Shown: piece after piece, positions 40,930 through 59,971 of the stretch
Numbering within the stretch: position 1 is the stretch's first letter
How the letters are laid out: every line of letters starts with the position of its first letter
Origin: Eledone cirrhosa
Lineage: Eukaryota
Length of the DNA: 64,000 nt
Direction of reading: 5' to 3'
Assembly: GCA_964016885.1 (NCBI GenBank)
Contig: OZ024743.1
Location: forward strand, 113,088,001 to 113,152,000
Position numbers and translations under genes: made by a program
Notes under the pieces: model-generated
The model's input: only the letters and a program-made list of their open reading frames with translations
What the model was told of the DNA's origin: nothing
Databases searched by the model: none

Positions 40930-42485
40930 GCCAGCCTCTCCTCAGGTCGACCAGTGCGTCACGCAAGAAAGGAACTGCTTCAACTATAACAGCTTCATCC
41001 ACCTTTCTTGTGTCAATCTCACCCGATGAGTGTCGGAATCCTTGTACCGGTAGCGCTTCCCGCCATGCCTATCCACCTCGACGCCATAAGCGGACACGGG
41101 TGCCCGGCACAACGGTATCTCAGATCTGCTAGACTCGGACGAGGCTCTGGTGGCGATATTCCGCCCCAGGCAGTCGCGGGAAGTCCTCGCGAGGATCCCC
41201 AAAGCTGCCCGGACTCACCTGGCCGAAGCGCTAGCGACGTAAATCGACCGAACGCTTGACTCGGGCGACCTGCAGGACTACACCAAACTATTCAGTTTTG
41301 CGACCCTCATACTCAGGATTTCGTTCGTAGGGAATCCGACGGCGAGAGAGAGATCGGGTCTCTCCCTGGCATCGAGGCTCAAGGGCAATATCGCTTCTTA
41401 TTGCGAGCCTCTCGGTCCTCTCATGCAGTCCACCAGTGCCAACACAGTGCCCACAATTAACTCCCGACAGCACAAAACGTCTCCGGGACAGAATCAACCT
41501 CAAACTGTTTGAGGGCGAAGTTTCAGTGGCGGTAAGTATGCTGGCTTCAGCGACACTTCTCCAGCTCACCCCGGATATCTAATTACCGATTCGCCACAAT
41601 TATCTGGACCTCCCATCCCCCATCCCCAGCCGACATCAGAGACGTTCCAGCCCCAGCTGCGTCTAGTGAGGACGTAGTAGCTACCCCAAGATCTTTACCA
41701 GGCAGCAGCAGTGGCGGAGTGGACGTCCTGCTCCCCGGCCACACGAGAGACCTCATCTCGTCTCACGCTGCAGAAGCAGGGGTCCGATTGCTGCAGTCGC
41801 TAACAGCCTCCACCAACTGTCTCCTCCGCGCCAACTTGCTCTGCCATGCCCGCGATCTTCTCAGCCAGTCAGAGCACCCTGAGGAAGAATGACGGAGCCG
41901 TCCGTCCCATCGCTGTGGGCAACGTTTTCCGACGACTTGCAGCCAGTTAAAGACGACCTGCGTGAGGTGCTAAGCCCTGTCCAGCTCAGAGTGGGAATCA
42001 AGTACGGATATGAGACTGCAATTCATGCGGCCAGACACTTCATAGAGCACACATCTCCCTTGTCACCCCCACCTCCTTGTGAAGCTGGACATGACAAACG
42101 CCTTCAACAGCGTTAGGCGGCATCACGTCCTGGAGACGTGTCTCAGACGAGCCCCCTTCGTTTACCTTCTCGCTCACCTCTCGTACGGAAGACCCAACTT
42201 ACTCATGGCCGCTGACAACAGGGTTACTTCCACCACGGGTGTCCAGCAAGGAAACCGACTCAGCCTGCTCATCTTTTTTGCTGGCAGTCAACAACATTGC
42301 CTGTTCGGTCCGGTCGTCCGTTAACGCTTGGTACCTGGACGACGCGACTCTGGGTGGCTTGGCTAAGACGGTAGTTGAGGACCTTCGGCAAATCATCCCA
42401 GCTCTAAATCTCCTCGGATCAACCCATCCAAGTCTGAGGTGACAAATGTTCGCTACGGAGAGACCGAATTCTACGATGCCGTATT
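40930..42485 (+). mobile_element. Decayed CRE-like element (N-terminus + RT)
   Basis: RKNDGAVRPIAVGNVFRRLA, PVQLRVGIKYGYETAIHAAR, KLDMTNAFNSVRR, GVQQGN, AWYLDDATLGG. Confidence 0.88.
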
Positions 42486-42544
42486 CACCATACCAAAACA
42501 CACGTCTATTTGTATATGCGCTACAATTTATGTACATGTTATAT

Positions 42545-43165
42545 AGTGATAGAAGGGGCGGATAGATATAGATATAGAGGGGAATGAGAGAGTGTTGTAG
42601 GATATATATAGAGAGGGAGTTGGGAGAGTGTGTTGTATATTAGATAAAAAGAGGGGGGGGGGAGATTGATGTTTATTGATATAGAGAGGGGGGTTGGAAG
42701 AGAGATCCATATAGTAGATATACAGAGGAGGAGGCTTTGGCGTTAATTGGCATAGAGAGGGGGATTGGAAGAGAGTTTCGTGAGTAGATATAGAGAAGGG
42801 GAGAGTTTGGTGTTACTTGATATAGAGAAGGAGATTGAGAGAAAGAGTGTCATATAGGAGATAAAAAGAGGTTTAGATTTCAATGCTTGTAGATATAATG
42901 AGTGGGTTGGGAGAGATTAATATTGTAAATATAGAGAGGGAGTTTGGGAGAGACAGTATCGTAAAAGATATAGAGGGGGGGGGGTTCTGATGGGTAGAGA
43001 AAGAACGAACGTGAGAGTGTGGTAGAGATGGCGAGGGGGATAGTTTGGAGATGATTGATATATAGAGGGGGATTGGGAGAGTGTTTTGTATGTTAGATAC
43101 AGAGAGGGGGAGAATTTGGTGGTTGTAGATATAGAGAGGGTCCCAAATAATAAGGGGGGGGGGGG
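42545..43165. repeat. Degenerate purine-rich ~40-bp minisatellite
   Basis: Recurring gatatagagaggggg..ttgggagaga. Confidence 0.7.
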
Positions 43166-43364
43166 ATTTGGCAATAAGTAATTGTGTGGTTTACGTTCGT
43201 AAATATGGAATTTCTTGCAATGTTATTTTTTGTCGTTTTTAATGTTGTTTTAATGTAAAATAAAATAATTAGACTTGAGAATACGTGAATTATTGACGGA
43301 CGTAAGAATGAAAACTCAATACCGAAGCAGAGTTTAAATATTCGTTTATTATGGCTAAGTGTTG

Positions 43365-43485
43365 AGTCTTGTTACTCTGGAGTTTCACCTGCGTACTTAC
43401 AGGATCATCAGACATGACTGGTGATCCTGTGAGTGCACAGGTGAAACTTTAGAGAAACACAACTCACCAATAGCCATAATAAATC
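43365..43485. ncRNA. Hammerhead ribozyme (minus, 43365-43419) with a degenerate inverted partner (plus, 43418-43485)
   Basis: Minus: agtcatgt CTGATGA tcctgtaagtacgcaggt GAAAC tccaga GTA^ acaagact. The plus copy has CTGGTGA and GAA. Same family as 6824. Confidence 0.72.
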
Positions 43486-43773
43486 AATGTATATATATAT
43501 ATAATAAAGGATAAAGATTCCATAACTCCTTGTGGAGTCGTAGAGGCACCGTCATACGGTGTGTCTTGGGCAATTCAACCCTCTCCAAGTTTGAACACAG
43601 CTGATTTTTTCTATAGAGGAAGAATCGACCCCAGTACTGGTACTTTTTTTTATTGACCTCGAAAAGATGAAAGGCGGGAAAGGAACTCAGAGCATGCAAT
43701 GAGGTGGGGCGAATACTGCAAAGTCTTAACGACTCTGCGAGATGATAGATAGAAACAATTATTTCTTTTTTAC

Positions 43774-43817
<44 letters not shown>

Positions 43818-44004
43818 GAGGGGCGGTGGAAACGGGGGAGGGGGGGAGTGCTGCCAAATTATATTTTTATCCCCAAACTACCAAAACACATCTATTTGGA
43901 TATGTGCTACAATTTATGTACTTGTTATGTTTGTCACATATCGAAGTTTTCTGACCATTTTAGAGTGTAAAATGATAAACTAATCACTACAACCAAATTG
44001 ACCA

Positions 44005-44262
44005 TTCGAAGGAGGTAGATCCCTCATCTGGGCATCACATTTTGTGACACGTTCTCCGCTTCCAACTTAGTCGTTTCGGCCACAAATCCCGGTACTGCAG
44101 CCTGCAATGCAGAGGAAAGGAAGACAAGCAAATACTTCCTCTTTGCACTAGTCGCCGTCGAGACCTCAGGTGTACTTGGACCCTATATTGCCTAGCTCCT
44201 CCGCAAGATCGGAACGTCAGCAGCCTGTCTGAGGAAGGATACCCGCGATGTGGGGTGGCTGT
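44005..44262 (+). mobile_element. CRE-like RLE 3' fragment
   Basis: PFEGGRSLIW..FCDTF..AACNAEERK..VAVETSGVLGP homologous to the 26520 and 61360 copies. Confidence 0.75.
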
Positions 44263-44425
44263 CTACTTACAAGCCATTACTCACAAGACATTAACCAGCC
44301 TGAGGCTAGAATAGAAGACACCCAAGATTCCACACAGTGTAACTGAACCCAGAACTATGTGGTTGTGAAGCAAACTACTTAATCATACGGTTATGTCTAC
44401 TAATTATTATCTAAATTATAGATTA

Positions 44426-44592
44426 CCGTATTTCCCGGCGTCGAACACGCTACTTTGTTTCTAAAATAAGTCTCAAAATCTACCATGCGTCCTGGAGGCC
44501 GAAGGTTGTCTATTTTTTTTTTCAAATTTTTGGTTGTCAAAAATTAGGGTGCGTCTTCAAGGACGAAGCGTCTTCGGCGCCGGGAAATACGG
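44426..44592. mobile_element. pogo/Tigger-type MITE with TA TSD
   Basis: ta-ccgtatttcccggcg ... cgccgggaaatacgg-ta. Confidence 0.88.
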
Positions 44593-44649
44593 TACTTAAT
44601 CATCCGGTGACGTCTATCAATTAATATCTAAATTATTCTAGATTTACAC

Positions 44650-44834
44650 AGCGGTGGATTGGCAGTATCGGTAGAGAGTCGGACATGCTTTCCAGCATAG
44701 TTACGTCCCTTTACAATCTGAGTTCAAATACTGCCGAGGTTAACTTTGCCTTTCATCCTTATGGGGTCGATAAAATAAAGTACCAGTAATGTACTGGGTA
44801 ATTGCTGGCCTTGTGCCAAACGTAGTAACAATTA
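44650..44834 (+). mobile_element. SINE family A
   Basis: Full match to the other copies. Confidence 0.9.
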
Positions 44835-45063
44835 TCTAGATTAATTTTTTCAGTGTTGGTTATGTCTTTGCTTGAATTTGTGTTCATTCAGTAATTCAGT
44901 ATGTAACACTGACTATATTTCTTTTCATTTAAGTTTTCTTATATTGTAAACTTCAGTTTAACACTGATTATACAGTCCTATTCCCTCTCCCACCATACCA
45001 GTAACACCGTTACTAAAATCTACACACACACACATTTCACAATTAATTATTGATATATATTTA

Positions 45064-45104
<41 letters not shown>

Positions 45105-45206
45105 GGCGACCGGCAAAGGTGGAAGATGCTGGATGGCGGTCGTCTTCTGGTCTTTGATTTTCAGCCCCATGGATTTTATCTATTACAATCACTTATTATA
45201 TTTCGA

Positions 45207-45264
45207 ATACCTGATGATATCACAGGATTCATACGGAACCCGGTCATTGAAATGATCATAGTAT
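45207..45264 (+). ncRNA. Minimal type I hammerhead ribozyme
   Basis: atac CTGATGA [31-nt imperfect stem II] GAAAT gatc ATA^ gtat. Stem III is the ATGATCAT palindrome. Confidence 0.65.
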
Positions 45265-45376
45265 AATAAACCTTTCAAGGATTTACACAAGTCCAGCCTC
45301 CTGTCATTTCATTATATATATATATAAAATAAAGTCAAACAAAAAGTCAAATGTTTAAAATTTAGCTTCGTTTATT

Positions 45377-45431
45377 ACTGCTATATATATTTCGGTGACA
45401 GCCATCTTTGGCTGTGGCCTCTTCAGGCCGT
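45377..45431 (-). ncRNA. Minimal type I hammerhead ribozyme
   Basis: Minus: acggc CTGAAGA ggccacagcca aaga tggctgtcacc GAAAT atat ATA^ gcagt. Same family as 55064. Confidence 0.72.
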
Positions 45432-45541
45432 CCGAATTAGTGTGGTATAGACAAGTACATATATTGTTGAGGTGTATAACCTTGTCAATACTCTGATATG
45501 CCCAGTTCCTGGTTGGGATGTTATTTCACTGAGGAACCGGA

Positions 45542-45586
<45 letters not shown>

Positions 45587-45808
45587 AATTAAGTTAAAGA
45601 TGTACATCCATATATGTATACTGAAATACTAGTATGTATATGAATACACACACGTATACATATGTAGATGTACCAAGTTTTTTCACTGGTCACTTTATTG
45701 TGAGTGGCCAGCTATTCTGTATGTAAACACACAGACAAACCGGTTTTTAGAGTCATACTGGTTTTTGAGGAAACACCTTTCCTCTATTCTCCAGAAAGCC
45801 AGACAAGG

Positions 45809-45853
45809 AATATTGAACTAGTTTCGTTGTTGTTACAACTCATCAGCAATATT
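45809..45853 (-). ncRNA. Minimal type I hammerhead ribozyme
   Basis: Exact reverse complement of 46260-46304. Confidence 0.82.
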
Positions 45854-46259
45854 TACCTATCTTCCGGCCTCTCTAGAGAATCGTAAAAGCACATATCGTT
45901 ATATGCTTTTTCTATGAAAATTAGTAGTGGGCAGACTAATTTGCATAGAGTGTGAGTAAGTACCGGTTCAACGGAGACGATAAAAACAAATAACGAAACG
46001 AAATTAAACTTCGTTTCGTTTGTAACTCACTTTTGTATGACTGACGCTTAAACAATTAAGTTAAAGATGTACATCCATATATGTATACTGAAATACTAGT
46101 ATGTATATGAATACACACACGTATACATATGTAGATGTACCAAGTTTTTTCACTTACTCACACTCTATGCAAATTAGTCTGCCCACTACTAATTTTCATA
46201 GAAAAAGCATATAACGATATGTGCTTTTACGATTCTCTAGAGAGGCCGGAAGATAGGTA

Positions 46260-46304
46260 AATATTGCTGATGAGTTGTAACAACAACGAAACTAGTTCAA
46301 TATT
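46260..46304 (+). ncRNA. Minimal type I hammerhead ribozyme
   Basis: aatattg CTGATGA gttg taacaa caac GAAAC ta GTT^ caatatt. 7-bp stem I, stem III AACTAGTT palindrome. Confidence 0.82.
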
Positions 46305-46596
46305 CCTTGTCTGGCTTTCTGGAGAATAGAGGAAAGGTGTTTCCTCAAAAACCAGTATGACTCTAAAAACCGGTTTGTCTGTGTGTTTACATACAGAATA
46401 GCTGGCCACTCACAATAAAGTGACCAGTGAAAAAACTTGGTACATCTACATATGTATACGTGTGTGTATTCATATACATACTAGTATTTCAGTATACATA
46501 TATGGATGTACATCTTTAACTTAATTGTTTAAGCGTCAGTCATACAAAAGTGAGTTACAAACGAAACGAAGTTTAATTTCGTTTCGTTATTCGTTT

Positions 46597-46823
<227 letters not shown>

Positions 46824-47169
46824 GGTGTGTGTGTTGAAGCTTTGGTTGTGGCCAAGCTAACGATAAATATATATATATATATGTGTCTATGTGTATGTGT
46901 ATGTGTGTATGTATGTATGTCTCTCTCTCTCTCTATATATATATATATAGAGAGAGAGAGAGATATAGATAGATGTATATATATATAAGAGAAAGAGACT
47001 TACAGGTATCAACATTCCTTATTCAGCTTTCTATTTCTATCATATGTCATAGAAAATATATTGTATTAAAGGAAATGTAGACTAACTTCCCTAGAAGTGA
47101 CAGGTTTTAGATTAAAGAAGCTTCTGCAGATCATGTCAAGTATGTGTGCATGTATAGAGATATGCATGG

Positions 47170-53130
<5,961 letters not shown>

Positions 53131-53459
53131 CACACTTACACACATATCAACATACAAACATCTACATACATACATGTGTGTTTTTCTCTTATGTCAAGAT
53201 ATTTCTTCTGTATTAAGTTTTAGAGCACAGTTGTTTTTATTATTATCATTATTCTCATTATCATCATCCTGATTGTTCTTCTTCTTCTTCTTCTTCTTCG
53301 TTGATTTGTGTTTTTTCTCTTTCTTTGTTGAGATTTAACCTTCAGTTTCAAGATTCTTCATGAAATGTTACAAGTAACTCAGCAAAACTGAAAATATCTT
53401 TCAAGAACCACCAACAATATAATGCCATATACACTCTAATAACAGCTAACTATATATTT

Positions 53460-53940
53460 ACATTGACACACGCACATACATACACACACTCACACGCACA
53501 TACATACACACACTCACACACGCACACATACACACACGCGCACTCACATACACACACATATATACATACACATACATCCACACACACACACACATATATA
53601 CACACACACACGCATAAATTCATTTATAGGCATTTGTACATACACATATGGAATCCTATATACGTAATCTTTGTTTCTCTCACACACACATACACACACG
53701 CTCACACACACACACACACATATACACACATATACACACACACACAAATGTAATCCTACATACATTCATTCTCTCTCTCTCTCTCTCTTTCGCTCGCCCT
53801 CTCTCTCCTCTCTAGCCCTCCTCTCTCTCTCGCTCTTCGCACCATCACTCTCTCCCTCTCTTTCTCTCTCAATCATACATGTATTCACAAATACAAGTAC
53901 CTGCGGAAATACAATTCTGTGTATCCATCCACTCACACAC

Positions 53941-53983
<43 letters not shown>

Positions 53984-54715
53984 CTCTTTCTTTCTCTCTC
54001 TCCTCTCTCTCTCTCTCACATACACATGCGTTTTACAGACACCTGTATATACACGTGAATTCAAATACACATACACAAATCAATGCAAATACTTGGATTC
54101 CAAAACACGCACACATACATACACATGTATGTAAACACGCATTCAGGCATATGTACACACATACACAAATCAATCCTCTGTACCTACTTAGGCAAATATA
54201 CATACCTATGCACACCTGTATTAACAGGGATACACACATGTATCCACATACACACACACACACACAACACGCACACATACATATATTCAGAGACACATGC
54301 ACTCACACATGTAGAAATGCACTTACATGCACATACACATATGTACACATTTGTTCACACACACACACACACACACATATTCACACACTTCCACACACAT
54401 ATTGACACCCACATCTACTCATCCACGCGCGCGCACACACACACACCACACTTATTCACACATTTAAATATATACATACGGATACGCACACGCATATTCA
54501 CCCCTGCACACACACACACCACACACTCACTCACGCATTCCAATATATACCAACGCATATGCACACATATTCACTCAACTCCCCAACCTACACACATGCA
54601 CATACACACACTCCCACATTCAAATATATACACGCATACGCACACACATATTCACTCAATCACACATACACATAAGCATTCGCACTCACACATACACACA
54701 CACATATATATAACC
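53460..54715. repeat. Degenerate (CA)n/(CT)n low-complexity region
   Basis: Continuous cacacat-type and ctct-type runs. Confidence 0.9.
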
Positions 54716-55063
54716 TGACATCTCTGCTTGTTTCCTTGATATGTCAGAGACAAGTGCAATATTATATGATAAAAAAGTCACAGTATCATATTTATGCAGT
54801 AGTTCTCTCCCCTTCCCCTCCTCCTAATGAAATAATTAGAAGCACTCATCATTAAAACTGTCTCTCACTACTTCAGTTCATTCCTCTTTACTTATTCTCA
54901 TATTCTTGTATTCTTGTATTCCTCTTGGAATTCAGATGGCGCCGAAGCTGGAAACAGAAACCAAAAGTCACCATCATGCAACATCAATGTAATAAAAAAC
55001 GTCTTAAGGCTCTGATACCATCAACACCATAAACACAGAGCTGGCATATCTAAGAACTGACTA

Positions 55064-55119
55064 ACTGCCTGATGAGGTCATAGCCATTCAATGGCTATCA
55101 TCGAAATATATATAGCAGT
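55064..55119 (+). ncRNA. Minimal type I hammerhead ribozyme
   Basis: actgc CTGATGA ggtcatagcca ttcaa tggctatcatc GAAAT atat ATA^ gcagt; perfect stem I. Confidence 0.82.
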
Positions 55120-55160
55120 AAATAAAGGATTATGAGTTCATGCAATTGACTTATGTTTCG

Positions 55161-55203
<43 letters not shown>

Positions 55204-55356
55204 TTGCTCCAGACGAAACACCTGTGTCTGAAAGAACCCGCAGAAGTAGAATCAGCCAGATCCATACAAGGACCATGTCTCGAGCTACCTTAGAGTAATA
55301 ACATATGTTTAAATAGCTTGACAAATTGAACATTGCGGTAGGCAAAACCCAACCAT

Positions 55357-55392
<36 letters not shown>

Positions 55393-55397
55393 CATAC

Positions 55398-58300
55398 TGG
55401 TGTTAGGAAGGGCATCCAACCTATATATATACTACTGCCAAAACTATGATCACAACAAATGAGAATTGCAACAACTGCGTCAACAGCAATAACACTAACC
55501 ATGTTAGGGCTGCACACGGAGGAGGGGTGGCTGGTGCGGCTATGTGCGAGAACCCCCCGACCGTCATCAAACAATCGCACAACAGGAAAAAGAACAAGAA
55601 TATGAAGACGTCGCATCTCTGAGTTGCCACACTTAATGTTGGCACTCTAACAGGTAGATCTGGTGAGATAGCGGAGATGCTGGAGAGAAGGCATGTGGAT
55701 GTGTGCTGCGTGCAAGAGGTGAGATGGAGAGGTGCCTCTGCAAGACGAATCGCAGGCAAACATCTTAGTTATAAGCTTTTCTGGGTGGGTAATGAGGAGG
55801 GGTTAGGTGGGGTAGGCATTTTAGTGGCTGAGAGATGGATCGATAAGACAATAGAGGTAGTTAGAGTTAGTAATAGAATAATTAAGCTTAGATTATTTGT
55901 AGGCAATAAACTACTGACAATCCTCTCTGCCTATGCTCTCCAGGCAGGCCTAGGTAAAGAAGAGAAAGACTGCTTTTATGAGCAGCTTTTACAAACAGCC
56001 ACAATGACGGAGGATGGAGACATCATTATGCTGACAGGAGACTTCAATGGTCATGTTGGACAGCTCCAGGATAGATACACTGGGGTACATGGTGGTCACG
56101 GTTATGGCTCAAGAAATGAAGAAGAAGTGAGGCTTCTTGAATTTTGTGATGCAAGTGTAATAACCATTTGCAACACTAACTTCCAGAAACCTGCCAACCA
56201 CCTAATAACCTACAAATCAGGCAAGCAGATAAGCCAGATTGACTTCTTGCTAGTTAGGCAGCGAGACAAACAGATGGTGTCAAATACCAAGGCATAACCC
56301 GTGGAAGAATGTACCCCACAGCATAGGTTAGTCGTTAGTGACATCTCATAAGCAAGAGACAGAATGAGACATGCAGGAAGGTGTGGAAAAGAAAGGTCTG
56401 GAAGCTAAATCACCTTTCACTAAAATATAAATTTAGGAAAGCTCTTCAAAATGTGTATGACGAAAAAAAGGACGATTTAGAGTCGTATGACATAGATGAT
56501 AACTGGAATTTCTTACGTGACAACTTACTGCAGGCTACTGAAGAAACTTGTGGTTGGAGCAGAACTCCAACCAGACAGAGAGTGACCTGCTGGTGGAACA
56601 GCAAGGTAGATAGGGCCATTAGAGACAAAATACTAGCATGGAACGCTTGGGAAAATGGTGGGAGTAGAGAAAGATACACAGCCACTAAGAGCGAAGCTAG
56701 ACGTCAGGTGTACTTAGCATGCAGGGTGGCTGAGAGTAGCAGGTTTGCCAATGTTCTGCGACAGGAAGATCAGAGACATGCGGTGTTCCGCATTGCAAGG
56801 CAGTGTGTCAGTGCAAATCAGGATGTTGTTGAGATAAGTGTGTCCGGAATGATGCCGGTGTACTTAGTGTCACAAATGATCAGAAAAAGGAGGGCTGGAA
56901 ATATCATGATGAGAGACTGATGAATGTGGAGAACAAACGGGTGAGAGAGAAATTATCCCCAGTAGATCCGACAGAGGGACTAGCTATTGAGATTGACGAA
57001 TATAGGGTCCAAGAGGCGATTAAGGAAATTAAAAATGGTAAGGCCGCTGGACCATCGGAGATAGTTGCTGAAATGCTGAAGGCATCAGGTGACGTAGGCA
57101 CTAAACTGGTTGCACTCATCATCAATCAGGCTATATATGGTGGTGTCATACCCAAAGAGTGGTGCAGCAGTATTCTCATAAATTGCTATAAAGGTAAAGG
57201 GGATGCTCTGGAGAGGAGCAATTATAGGGGCATAAAACTGATGGATCAGGTTATGAAAGTGGCAGAAAGGATATTAGCGCAACTAATTAGAGAAAGGGTC
57301 AAACTAAATGAGATGCAGTTTGGTTTTGTACCTGCGAAAGGTACAGCAGATTCCCTCTTTTTAGTGAGACAACTACAAGAGAGGTTCTTAGAGAAGAATA
57401 AGCCACTATACTTGGCTTTTGTTGACCTAGAGAAAGCCTTTGATAGGGTACCCCGATCTGTCATCTGGTGGTCCCTAAGGAAACTAGGTGTTGGGGAATG
57501 GCTTGTGAGGACAGTGCAAGCTTTGTAAGGGTGCTGTCAGTAAAGTGAGGGTATGAATGGAGTTTAGTGAGGAATTCCAGATACAAGTAGGAGTACATCA
57601 GGGTTCGGTCCTCAGCCCGCTCTTGTTCATTATAGTCTTCCAAGCCATAACAGAGGAGTTTAAGACTGACTGTCCACGGGAACTTCTCTATGCTGACGAT
57701 CTGGTTCTTATAGCAGAATCAGTAGAGGAGCTAGAAAATAAATTCTGGCTATGGAAACAGCAGTTGGAATTAAGAGGACTGAGAGTGAACTTAGCTAAGA
57801 CAAAAGTGTTGATGAGTAGAAAAGAGGACAAAACTCTGATTCTGTCAGGGAAATGGCCATGTTCGATATGCAGAAAAGGAACTGGAATATATTCTATTAA
57901 ATGTACACAATGCAGATCTTGGGTATACAAGAGATGTAGTGGGATAGCAGGCAAACAAGGTAGGGAAAAATATGTATGCAGTTGATGTACAGGGAAATTT
58001 GACAGAATAGAAGTCGCATTGATAGACACATTTTTCAAATGCAGGTAGGTTCTATAGAAGTGGCTGATAGCTTCCGGTACCTAAGTGATCAGATTAGCAT
58101 GGGAGGGGGTGCTCCGAGGCCATAGTATTTAGAATAAGGACGGGTTGGAAGAAGTTTAGGGAGCTGCTTCCTCTGCTGACGAAGAAGGGTTTCTCCCTGC
58201 GAATGAAAGGCCAGTTATATGATGCCTGTGTGAGGTGCGCAATGCTGCATGGTAGTGAGACATGGGCAGCAACTGCAAAAGATATGCGACGTCTGGAGAG

Positions 58301-58686
58301 AAATGAAGCAAGCATGCTCCGTTGGATGTGCAATGTCAATGTACGTGAACGACCAAGCATGGATGTGTTGACAGAGAAACCGTGTTTAAGAGGGATAAGT
58401 TGTAGTGTGCGGGAGAGAAGACTGCGATGGTATGGACATGTGATGCGCATGGAGGATGACCGCTAGGTAAAGAATTGCCAAGAAATGCCAGTTGAAGGAA
58501 GATGCAGTAGAAGAAGACCATAAAAAACATGGGCAGAGGTAGTGAGAGCAGACCTCAGATCACCGAAGCTCACAGTGGAGATGACGAAGGACCGTGACAA
58601 GTAGAGAGGTGCTGTGCTGAATAGGACCCATCCCACCCTTGCAAGCAGGGTAAAGCGGACATAAAATGATGATGATGATGATGATA
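55398..58686 (+). mobile_element. Near full-length RTE-clade LINE (APE + RT + PHD-like finger) with stops and frameshifts, (GAT)n tail
   Basis: VATLNVGTLTGRS..DVCCVQEVRW..GDFNGHVG..QIDFLL; KGKGD..SNYRGIKL..FVDLEKAFDRVP; GVHQGSVLSPLLF..LLYADDL; LHGSETW..RRLRWYGHV; ends taaaatgatgatgat. Confidence 0.95.
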
Positions 58687-58847
58687 CATACATATATACA
58701 TACATACATATATTAATATACTATATGTAGACATACATACTTACCAAAATATGTATATACATGCATACCTATGTGCAATGGTGCTGCATTACATTTGAGA
58801 TATGTATTTTCTTTGTCTTTGTTCTGTTGTTTTTTGTTTCAAATATC

Positions 58848-58901
<54 letters not shown>

Positions 58902-59429
58902 ATGTAACTTTGTACATAAGTAGCATGCTCGTTTTTCACATAATATTTTCATGTAAGAAAAGTTGCAACTTATACATTATATATATATATATGTATATAT
59001 ATAATGTATGTGTATGTGTGTGTATATACATATACACATACATACATGGGCAACTTGGAAAAAAGTAATACCCAACAAAATACCCCCCCCCCCCCCCCCC
59101 TGTCACTCTACACCCAGTTCAAGTCATAGATTACATATTCAGTAAAAGACACTCATGAATCAGCTGACAAGCTAAAATAGATTTCAAAAATACTCGTATT
59201 CTTCACTGTAATATCTAACAATAACAGACCTGCCAATCTCTAAAAACCTAAACGGCTGGAAAGTTCATAAACTGGCCAAGATACTCTCATGGAATGACCA
59301 AATGAAGTTTATTTTTCAACATAGTCCTGCGAAAGAAACAATGCAGTGATTAATAAGAGTTCAAATTGTTTCATCCAAGATTTCACAGCTCTAGCAACCC
59401 TCCTTCATAGTCAGCCTATGAATGTTTCA

Positions 59430-59680
59430 GTTTCTCTTGTAAAATTAGATAGTAGGAAAGACACAGGACAGATTTTAAAGGCAAAGCCAACTGGCAGGAG
59501 ACCCTGAGGTAGACCACAAGTAAGATAGTTGGATAACATCCATAACCTCAGTTATTCTCACTTGGGGTGCCAGTCAGATCATATGGAGATGGTTGTTTCT
59601 GATAGGAGCCTCTGGAAGGTATGTTTGAGGACTATGTCTCAACAACCCACTCAGGAATAAGTGGGTGAAGAAGAGGAGGA
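59430..59680 (+). mobile_element. RTE/Expander 3' end fragment
   Basis: Homologous to 27130-27385. Confidence 0.6.
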
Positions 59681-59775
59681 AGGCGAGGGGGAATGGAGAA
59701 AAAAGGGGGAAGAAGGAAGAAGTGGAAGAAGAGGATAAGGAAGAAGTTAAGGAGGAAGAGGGAGAATAATACTAA

Positions 59776-59971
59776 TAATAATTGTTTCTACTTTTGGCAC
59801 AAGGCCAGCAATTACCCCAGTGCATTACTGGTACTTCATTTTATTGATCCCGTAAGGATGAAATGCAAAGCTAACCTTGGCGGGATTTGAACTCAGAACA
59901 TAAAGTGTCATAACTCTATACTGCAAAGCATGGTATCTGATGCTCTACCGATACTGCCAATCCACCGCCCC
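59776..59971 (-). mobile_element. SINE family A
   Basis: Head-core-tail match. Confidence 0.88.

Larger units (their letters stand above)
45582..46591. mobile_element. Hammerhead-bearing 467-bp unit in partial tandem plus inverted copy (retrozyme / PLE pLTR-like)
   Basis: Blocks A(45582-45687) B c D A(46049-46154), then the reverse complement of D-A-B (46152-46591); (TA)n on both sides. Confidence 0.8.

Noticed and set aside
45704-46409. Identical 60-aa ORFs on opposite strands
   Set aside because: A by-product of the inverted duplication; GTG start and no coding signature.
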